Positions 16,737 to 26,274 of a stretch of DNA of 27,945 nucleotides are shown here, one piece after another. Origin of the DNA: Geosiphon pyriformis uo1 (taxonomy: Eukaryota; Fungi; Glomeromycota); the NCBI GenBank assembly GCA_016748015.1, contig JAAOMT010000509.1, positions 1-27,945 of the forward strand, written 5' to 3'. Each line of letters starts with the position of its first letter. The first letter of the stretch is position 1. A program made the position numbers and the translations under genes. Below the pieces are notes generated by a model, which saw only the letters and a program-made list of their open reading frames with translations, ran no database searches and was not told where the DNA came from.

Positions 16737-16796
16737 GTGTGTCTGTCTGTCTGTCTGTGTATGTGTCTGTGTGTGCGTGTGTGCGTGTGTATATGT
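16737..16796. repeat. Compound (GTCT)n/(GT)n microsatellite
   Basis: gtgtgtctgtctgtctgtctgtgtatgtgtctgtgtgtgcgtgtgtgcgtgtgt. Confidence 0.9.
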
Positions 16797-17411
16797 ACCT
16801 GAATGCAATGATAATAGTTTGTGTGAAGCTGCTCCTCTTGATACCAATATTTTTGGTTGGGAAATTTTAAAAGTTAAAAAAAGATAGGTGATCGGAGTAA
16901 AACTTTTATTTTCTATCACTTTTTTTTTTCTCTTTTTTTCTTTTTCTTTCTGAAACATTTCCCTTTTTAAACATTTTTTTTTTTTTCGGATGAAATCATT
17001 TTCTTCCTCATAATCTGAATTTATCTCTCTGAAATTTTACTTTTGAAAAGATTTGGATAAAAAAAATATTCCCCAACTTTCAAATCTGGTTGGTTATTTG
17101 AATTTTTTAATATATATATACATTAAAAATAAATATTAGAATTAAAAAAGTTTTGGTCCTTTGTGCAAGAAGACACAACAGCTTCCCCGGCAACATAGTT
17201 ATTTAAAAGGCCAAATTTCAAATAATCAAAGAATTTATTATTTTCAAGTGACCAACTATTAGTGTATTTTTAATTGAATTAATCAAACAGGTTTACGTTT
17301 TCCGCTTTTAGTTTTCTTTTTACTCATTTTCTCGTAGACTGTAATATTTTTATTTTTATTTCTACTCATTATCTTCACTTCCTTTGCAGGTGTTAAGCAT
17401 TTTTATCTCTA

Positions 17412-17493
17412 CCTCCCTCCCTCTCCTTCCTTCCCTCCCTCTCCTTCCTTCCCTCCCTCCCTTCCTTCCTCCTTCCCCCTTCTCTCTCTCTCT
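17412..17493. repeat. Pure polypyrimidine tract (CCCT/CCTT)n(CT)n
   Basis: About 80 nt of only C/T, including a repeated 18-mer CCCTCCCTCTCCTTCCTT. Confidence 0.9.
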
Positions 17494-18191
17494 ATTCGCC
17501 AAAACAGCAGCACCTTGCAACACCTCTTTTACTACTACTACTCACCTTCTTTGTCATAAGCACCCTATCTACAATTCAAAACTTCTTTCACTCACAGCTT
17601 GAGAAAAGGGTTTTGTAATTGTAAAAGTTACCTTTCTGGAAATTTTTTTTTTGTCCTCTACAAGTGTAAATCTATTTATTGTTCAACTCAACTTTTCTTT
17701 ATGTGGGAAATCAGTGGTCAGGGCTCACCAAGTGTACGTTTTTGTCTCTTGTGATCATCAAGAAGGGTGTTTTTACTCAACCTTTGAACCTTTTACTTGA
17801 AAGCTTCTCTCAAATACCTGTCTCTAACCTTTTTTTCAACTTATCTTTCTCCCATTTTTCTTTCGCTGTAGCTCTTTTAGTAGCCTTCTTTCCAAACGCT
17901 ACATTCCTGATCAACTTATTGACAAAAAGAGTGTATTCCAATAACACTGTTAATTATATCAAACATCCACTGGCTTGTTTTCCTTTTTCCCCAAAAACTC
18001 TGTCAGTGTAAAACCCTCTCAGTTCAACGGAAAACTACCCTTGAAAGTTTGTCGATTGGGACTATTCTACGCCAAATCTCCAACTTTTGGTTTTCCCAAA
18101 TCTTGACCACCATTTCCAATATACTTTTTCTTTTCTTAATTTTTTCTATTCCTCGTTTATTTTTATTTTTATTATTCGGATATTAAGAACA

Positions 18192-21100
18192 ATGCAAACT
18201 CCACAAACACGAATACCCGGTTTAATATGGCTCTTGATTATCATCATGGGACTTTGCTTGGTAATCTTTAACATTTCAAGCGAAGCGTTTACTCAGAAAT
18301 CACGAAGACAATTGGCTGGGGTTGGGCGGGTCTCATCCATGAAAAGAAGAATTATCATTACCAAATACAATCGCCGTGCAACCAGTCCTGATTTTCAATT
18401 AAATCCTGAAGATTTTAATAAAATTTCATCAGATATTCCTAAAAATATTGATTCAAAGTCACCTGTTTCTGACAGTCCTCAATCATCATCACCATCTTCT
18501 CCGAAATCAAGTGATAAATTTTCAAAAATTTTGGGACCAAGCAGTCCTGGAAATAGTAATAACTCTGGTGGACAAAATACTTCTTCAAGTAAATCTGTTA
18601 AAAATCAATCAGCAACAACTAATACTATCGATAATATTACTCAAAATTCTGATCCATCATCATCTACTGCTCCTACTATCACATCTGATTCGATTTTTGA
18701 TAATGTTAAGACTTCTACAGCAAGTTCAGATGCAAAAAAGACACCAACTGATAGTAGTATTACTACCAGTTCATCAGTCACGGAAACATCGAAATCTGAT
18801 CCTACTCAAGATCCTACAAGTCAGAATACTACTCCTAGTCCTACAATTCAGGCATTAAGTGAATCTCCTACTAGTAATAGTGATAATAGTTCCGTTACAT
18901 CAACTCTAACTGAAACAATTAGTAAAACTGGAAAAACAAGTTCTGAAGCTGCTACGGCAACTTTTACTGATAAAACAATTGAAACTAATGATGCTGTTTC
19001 AAAATCCAGCATTATCACAACCTCTGAATCAATCACCACCCCAACTTCTACTCCGATTGATACTCAATCGAATAGTAATAGTAGTAGTAGTAGTAGTGTA
19101 TCATTGATATCAAATTCTGATAGCTCCACGAAAACTACTGATTCTACTTCTGCCACTACCACCGCTTCTGATAGCTCCACGAAAGCTAGCGACATTGATT
19201 CTACTTCTGTTGCTACCACCGCTTCTGATGGGTCCACGAAAGCTAGCGTCATTGATTCTACTTCTGCTACTACCACCACTTCTGATAGCTCCACGAAAAC
19301 AACTCTTATTGATCCTACTTCTACTACCACCGTTTCTGATGGATCCACGAAAGCTAGCGTCATTGATTCTACTTCTGCTACTACCACCACTTCTGATAGC
19401 TCCACGAAAACAACTCTTATTGATCTTACTTCTACTACCACCGTTTCTGATGGATCCACGAAAGCTAGCGTCATTGATTCTACTTCTACTACTACCGCTT
19501 CTGATAGCTCCACGAAAACAGCCCTTATTGATCCCACTTCTACCGTTTCTGATGGATCCACGAAAGCTAGCGTCATTGATTCTACTTCTGCTACTACCGC
19601 TTCTGATGGCTCCACGAAAGCTAGCGTTATTGATTCTACTTCTGCCACTACCACCGCTTCTGATAGCTCCACGAAAACTACTGATATTAATTCTGCTACT
19701 ACCACCGCTTCTGATAGCTCCACGAAAACTGCTGATTCTACTTCTGCTACTACCACCACTGCTGATGGGTCCACTACCACCGCTTCTGATAGCTCCACGA
19801 AAACTACTGATTCTACTTCTGCTACTACCACCACTGCTGATGGGTCCACTACCACCGCTTCTGATAGCTCCACGAAAACTGCTGATTCTACTTCTGCTAC
19901 TACCACCACTGCTGATGGGTCCACTACCACCGCTTCTGATAGCTCCACGAAAACTACTGATTCTACTTCTGCCACTACCACCGCTTCTGATAGCTCCACG
20001 AAAACTACTGATTCTACTTCTGCTACTGCCACCACTTCTGATGAGTCCACGAAAGCTAGCGTCATTGATTCTACTTCTGCCACTACCACTGCTTCTGATA
20101 GCTCCACGAAAACAACCCTTCTTGATTCTACTTCCTCTAGTATCATCTCAACTTCTAAAAACACGGAATCAACCTCATCAACAGCTACCTCAGTTTCAGA
20201 GACAAGTATTTCTTCTGGTTCTACGGAATCTCCTACATCTTCTATTTCAGCCAACTCAACCACCTCAACCACGAGCTCCAATCAAGAAGACACGTCTACT
20301 ACCACTACTGGGTCTTCAACCACAACTACCACATCTATATATTCAATTCAACTTCCAACTTTAGTTTCTATTCCAACATCAAAATCAACAACTGTTAAGG
20401 ATAGTACATCACAACCAAGTCCCACTAATTTACCATTGATAATATATCCACCAGGTGCAGGGTCTGCTCCAGGTATGGAATGTTTTCTATTTTATCTATA
20501 AATTTTTCTATTTTTACTAAATCAATATTGTTTTGCATTTGAAAATAGCTGATACGATTATTATACAATTGAAATTAAACGAAGTTATTTGGCAAGATGT
20601 TGTTAATAGTGGTACCTTGGCTGCTCAAATCGCCGTGTTTATACCAAGTGACATCGCAAAATCTATTAACTTAGATCCTAATCAAGTCATTATTCAAAAT
20701 TTGATAAATGTGGATGGAAAAGTGGTTGTTCGAATTGCTATTCCACAAGGAAATGTAGATACATTAAATTCTGTCATCAAAAACCCGACAAGTAGCTTCT
20801 ACACCGAAGGTTCACAAGTATCAAAATGGGTTGATTCAACTTTCCCATTAGTTTCAAGTAAGCAAATTTAATTTGAAATAATAAAATTTTAATCTTGAAA
20901 TTAATTTTAATGATATATTTTTTTCTATTCTAGCAAATGGACCACCCGCTCAAAATCCCGATAATTTAAGTAATTTAAATTCTGGATCTGAAGCTTCGTT
21001 CGGTAATAGCGGTCCTGATGGTGGTTCAACATTACCTAATGGAAGCAATCTAGCTGGCAATATAAATGATTCAGGGTCTAACCATAAAGGCATGGTAATC

Positions 21101-21268
21101 GGTCTAGCTGTTGGTGGCTCAACTGTTTTATACGCTGGCTTGACTGCTCTCGTTATTCGAGCATATAAAAGGAGTAAAACAAGAGTTGTAGAACGGCAAA
21201 ATGATTTCATGTATGGACAAGCTATAACGTCACCTGTAATGAGAGAGAACACTTTGTGGTATCGGTAA
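18192..21268 (+). CDS. MSB2: Msb2/Hkr1-family signalling mucin, 3 exons (18192-20472, 20549-20857, 20934-21268), 974 aa
   Basis: N-terminal hydrophobic signal (LIWLLIIIMGLCLVIF) and ~650 aa Ser/Thr-rich region with tandem repeats. HMH-like domain (VVNSGTLAAQIAVFIP..IPQGNVDTLNSVIKNPTSSFY..VDSTFPL), single TM (MVIGLAVGGSTVLYAGLTALVI-RAYKR), and tail ITSPVMRENTLWYR* resembling the Msb2 'IS.P...ENSLGW' terminus. Exon lengths sum to 2925 nt, in frame. Confidence 0.85.
19117..20135 (+). repeat. Coding minisatellite of the mucin, 18 units of D(S/G/E)STK.. (16-25 aa)
   Basis: Recurrent core CTGATAGCTCCACGAAA / CTGATGGATCCACGAAAGCTAGCGTCATTGATTCTACTTCT. Confidence 0.95.
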
Positions 21269-22621
21269 TTAAAATGATTAACGAAAAAAATATAGAACAA
21301 TCAAAGCGTAAGTAGAGTTTCTCTATTGTCTTTCTTTTGCTATTTTCCATTTGCTTTTTCGCTTACCCATTTATTACATCTTTAATCTTATTTTAGTTAA
21401 ATTCATAATGGATCATTATTTAGAATATTGTAATTTTATATTATCCCATGATTGTGAGCGAGTATGCGTGTGTGTATATATGAAAGAGCGATAGAATATG
21501 GTTGGTTTCATCAATTTATTTCTAAGCGGATAGACTTCATCTCGACCAGTTTTGGTGCTTCCATAAAACCACATGTCTATTTTGCCCCTCCCTCGATGGA
21601 ATCTTTCGTTGACTAAAGTATAGAAATAAATCAAAAATTTTTCTTTTTCTACTATCCTCTCCCTACTCCCTCCTCTTTCGGTTGTTTTATTGTACAGATT
21701 TTTCTTTTAGATTTTTTCATTTAGTTTTCGGTTTTTGTGTAATTGTGGATTAGCTTATAGGTTTTAGCTTAGGTTTTATCGCATAGTTCCCCAAACACGT
21801 TCCAAGATCTACGATCTCGAAAATGTATTTTTTTTTCGTAATTGTATCAAATTGGCATTTAATTTTTAATAATCTGTATTTTTAAATTTGCGGTTCATCC
21901 TGATACTCAATCAATCAATCAATTAATTAATTAATTAATGAATGATTCTTATCAGTGTCCACTCCATCACCATCATCTGGTTTTTTTACATTCATTATCA
22001 TCAACAGTGCGTTTCTCCCATCATTTCACCCATCCCTATTCAACAATTCTTAATAAAATACAATAGACGATATTTGCATTTTTTTCCAGTCTATCTTTCG
22101 CCAACTCTTATTGATGTGACTTGGGTTTGGGTTCAAAAAAAAACTAGCATTTATTATTGAAAAAGGGAATCTCAACCAAAGATGTATCTTTAACTTGTTC
22201 AAAGTGATATAATTTTTGTAGATAGCAACTTAATTAATACTGGGGGATTTAACCATCCAATAAATTTGACATTATGGAGGTTAATGATTTCTGCAGATAA
22301 AATTCATTTTTATCACCTCGTGTTACTCATATTCTTGTTTGAATTTTGGCTATCTGCTATCATAGCCCAAAGCTGAGATCAGAATGCATCAGAATTCTTC
22401 ATGTAAATTGGAATTAATTTCCATATCTCTAATATTTAACCCGACCAATCAAGCCATTCTCAAAAAAGATTCGAGTTGATTTTTTCCTGCGGTCTTCTGA
22501 AGTAATAAATAAAATTATTTTCCAGATTTCCGTCACTATTCGATTAATATCAAATATTTGGCTGTGACAGCAAGTCCCTGGTTCATGACTACACCTCCGA
22601 CCCCTTACTAATAATTAATAT

Positions 22622-24300
22622 TCAAAATATTCCAAGCGACAAAACAGATCTCACATCATCCGTAAATCTTAAAGCATCTAAGAAAGGCAAAAGATCCAAA
22701 AGTGCCTCATCTTTTGGGTCACTAATCCATCCTTCAATAGGTATCCCGTTTTCTAAGAATTTCAAAGATTGAAAAATCAATAAAACTCGATAAATATATC
22801 ATTTTATAATTGAATATTTCTCAGGTGTTGAAATACCTTCGTGTAATGAATAAGAAACCGGGGAATTATCTACTAAGCAGACTTTTGATAGATCGGGCTC
22901 AATAATTGTTAGGTCTTTGACATAGGCACCGTTACGATTTGTGCATGACTGAAAGTGAAAAAAGTTTAATCATAAACAAAAACTTTCACCGTTTCTCCCT
23001 CTGTGGAATTCGAGAGTATAATGCAGTTAAGAACGCCTTTATTTTGCGAAACGAAAATTCGACCTTTTCCCTATCGCTAAATATATAATAAAAAGCAACA
23101 ATTAATCAATAGGAATGTAGCTAACCTGGCGAAAATATCGACTGGTAATTAAGTTTTTATTTGGATCAAGCCAATCAATGACAGGGTCGGCGTATTCAGG
23201 CATAGAGGCTGTAAAAATTACCACTTTATACCATTCACTGACCTGTGATTAAACAAAAGGGGAAAAATTATTGCTATCATATTTAACCCTTAAAAAAAAA
23301 AAAGGTTGAATATTTTATCTCAAGATATTCAATTTTTTAAAATCTTCAACTAAATTATCCCCCTTGTATTTGTTATTCATTTCATCCAATTCTGTCAGAA
23401 AATCTAACTAGAAAAGAATTATCCCATAGGGCCTACCTTTTTCAGGAAATAATCTACATGAGGCCTTTTGTAGACATAGTATAGACACGCGTGTTTATCT
23501 ACCATTACTTCAATCATTTGTGCAGCCGCTCGTGAACCTCTTGAAGTGGAGTGTATTAGAGTTTCATCTAAATCAAGGGTAAGAGTCTTGGTTTTCATCA
23601 ATGAAGAAAAAGAAGGTGCAGCTGGTACAGATTGATGGTGGGATGGCTTGTTATTGTTTCTAGGCCTTGTCAATTTATGGGTAGAATTATTATCAAGTGA
23701 AGAATTAATTTGTTGTTGCAATTGACGTTTTGATTTCGATCTTGAAGATGTGCGAGGGGTCGTTTGTGACGAGATGAGGTTATTCATCGGATTAATGTCA
23801 TTATCCAAATCGTTGTGAATATTATTACTTAAGTTATTGTAATTGCTTTCTGAGGGTAACATAGAAATAGCTTGTGGGATATATACTGGTGCATGATCAT
23901 TGGAAGAACGGTATTGCAACCGATCAGTTGCTTTACTGACAGTGCTTGATATGAACGAATAGAGGGATGTCCAATAAGATAATTCAAATAAGGAGGAAGG
24001 TTTGGACGAAGGTGAAGTATTGAGACACTCTGGCAAGATGTTAACATTGTTATGAATATGAATATTATGAATATTATTATTATTATGAATATTATGAATA
24101 TTATTACTAATATTATTTGTGGTGATAGCATTTGGGTTACCGTCTTGGTTTTCTGTTGAATTCGAAGAGTTATTTGTTGTTGTTGGAGAGGAATTTGTGG
24201 TAAATACTTCTTCAGAGACAAGAGGAGAAGAGGGGGAAACAGCAAAGGCAGGTTTCACCGTTTCCAGTGGAATATCAACCATTTTAAATGATGAATTCAT
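22622..24300 (-). CDS. NEM1: Nem1/CTDNEP1 (Dullard)-type HAD/FCP1-like protein phosphatase, 4 coding exons (24300-23437, 23242-23126, 22948-22837, 22752-22622), 407 aa
   Basis: Catalytic [64 protein letters not shown], and [37 protein letters not shown]. The C-terminal block is characteristic of Nem1 rather than Psr1/Tim50. Long N/S-rich N-terminus. Confidence 0.88.
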
Positions 24301-25188
24301 AAACAGGAGTGCTCGAACCTGCACTAAAGCAAAATCACGCGCACTTGTTCTTACAAGTTGAAAAAAATTGACAATTGGGCTAAAAATTTTGAGGGTATTC
24401 GAAAAGCCTGATCCGTTTCAAAAGATTTTAAGCAAGAACGCGCAATAACTGGCGGAACTAACGATACTTAACAACAAAAAAAAACGAAAAATATAAACTA
24501 CCTATGAGAGAAGGAAATTTGAGGAAAAGAGTTGGTTAGGAACTAACTTTGTTGGGCGCGTGAACACAAAAGCGTTGAAAAATGGGAATTTTTGGTTCGT
24601 TTATTGTCTCCTCTTGTTTTGTAGATGCAACACAACCAAGTCAGCTGAACTTGACCAATCATCCCACATGATGTCATCTTGCGTGTTCTGATTGAATGAA
24701 TTGGCAGCCATAGCCTCTTGAACTTATTTATCCCTAGCGGCTGGGATATCAGATAATAATAGTCCAATCAAAATATATCGTGATAATAGGAATATAATTG
24801 ATTCGCCTGATGCAAATAAGTCAAATGATTGTGCGAAAAAAAACTCCCCGAGCAAGAAAATCGGTAAATCTTTATTCTTCCTAAAATGTTCCGGTGTTTC
24901 CAAGTCTCTGGGTATGGGAAACTTTGATAGCTTTTTGTATAATTTTAATTTCAAAATAAAAGTTTACAAAACAGATTTCTATTTATATTTAGACTTTAAA
25001 AAATTGTTTTTTGAGTTTATGAATATCTAAAATATTTTTTGAAACAATATTTTTTTGATCGTGAAGAAAAAAATAAATATAATAATAGTGTATGAATGAA
25101 AAAAAGGAGTTGACTATTATGTACAAGAAACCGAATACCTTCCTGATAACCTTTTGTAATTACCTGCCAAAAAAAATTTATTTCTGAA

Positions 25189-26092
25189 TTATTTATTCAG
25201 CTGCATTGAATCCTCAAAGATATTATGGGCATGAGACGAAGAAAAAGTATTGCCATTTGAGGATAATAAAGGTTCAGAATCAATAGATGATGAAGCAAAA
25301 TCTTCTAAATTACTAGTGGTAACGAGGGTATTCTTATCGGTAACATTGATTAAATTGGAAAAATTAATTTCTTCATGTTCCGAATTGACGGATTCCGTTG
25401 TAGTAATATCATGAGAAGATTCGTCAATAGGTAATAATTCTCTTTCGGCACGAACACCCAACCCATATTCATCAGCCAAAACATTTACATTTTGATGGTT
25501 ACTTGTTTGATAATGAAATCTATCTTGTTGTCTGTAGATGGGCTCCGGTTCTTCGTAAACATATTGTTGTTGTCGTTGTTGTTGATGTTGAAAATATGGC
25601 TGCTGTTGTTGCTGTTGAACTCCCACGAGATTATTCATATATTTCACATATAATCCATCAATCATTTCTTGATATGCCTTTCTTCGACGCTGCCAGTATT
25701 CATTTAAACCACTTCGACGCTTTTGAGTAATAGGTGGTGAGCTAGCACTTCTACGAGGATTTGTGATTTTTATGACATCAAAGCCAAACCCAATAGCCAT
25801 TTGAATCGTAGAAACAAAACCTATAACCATGAGTAACGAATTCCATATAAAAAACCTAGAAAGTGGTATTAATTGAAGGTAGGAACGTGACTTAGCTTCT
25901 TATTTCATATTCTAAAATTTGCCCTTTCTTTTATAGAATTCAACCATATAATATTGAAAATACATACATCATTGTTAAATGAGCCAAAAATGCCATCCAC
26001 CGGTTAATTGCATGGTATGCCACCTTTAATATATGAAAGGCAGTATGGAAAAGTTTAAAAAAGAACATCACTGTAAGAGTGAGTATATACAT
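25189..26092 (-). CDS. Hypothetical membrane protein, exons 26092-25968 and 25855-25189, ~263 aa
   Basis: ATG 26092 in an AAA context; GTATGT..TAG intron of 112 nt joins the exons in frame. Hydrophobic N-terminal ~70 aa, basic helix EYWQRRRKAYQEMIDGLY, polyQ, acidic disordered tail. No family recognised; the 3' end may be spliced to a stop at 25117. Confidence 0.7.
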
Positions 26093-26274
26093 TTTAGTCG
26101 CACTTCAACGAGTGAGAAAGGGTAAATTAAGCTGAAAATTTAGCAGCGGGTCGAGATTAAAAGTTTTCTTAGCAGACAGGGTAAGTTTAACCGTTGGCAT
26201 TTAGTGTGAAACCCACGTGAGCTAGTCGCGAGCTTGACATCATTCTACTAAAATTTTTTCTTTTTGTCGATATT
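26093..26274. promoter_or_regulatory. 182-bp bidirectional promoter orphan/DCC1 with E-box CACGTG (26214-26219) and palindrome TCGCGA (26226-26231)
   Basis: Divergent ATGs at 26092 (-) and 26275 (+). CpG-containing motifs are read directly from the sequence. Confidence 0.55.

Noticed and set aside
16400-18011. Short ORFs of 65-110 aa upstream of the mucin
   Set aside because: Mostly non-ATG starts, low-complexity translations of microsatellites or T-rich leader, and no recognisable domains.
18087-18191. 35-aa N-terminal extension of the mucin in the ORF track
   Set aside because: Uses a TTG start under a prokaryotic-style table; ATG 18192 directly precedes the signal sequence.
19064-20364. 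Long overlapping ORFs (405 aa antisense V/E/S-rich; 389 aa alternate-frame L/P-rich)
   Set aside because: Shadows of the mucin minisatellite: the unit lacks stops in those frames, and the ORFs end near the array edges.
23064-23076. 13-nt poison microexon (TAG|CGATAGGGAAAAG|GTCGAA, - strand) in NEM1 intron 2
   Set aside because: Upstream sub-intron would be only 49 nt, and the signals are weak; unsupported without RNA data.
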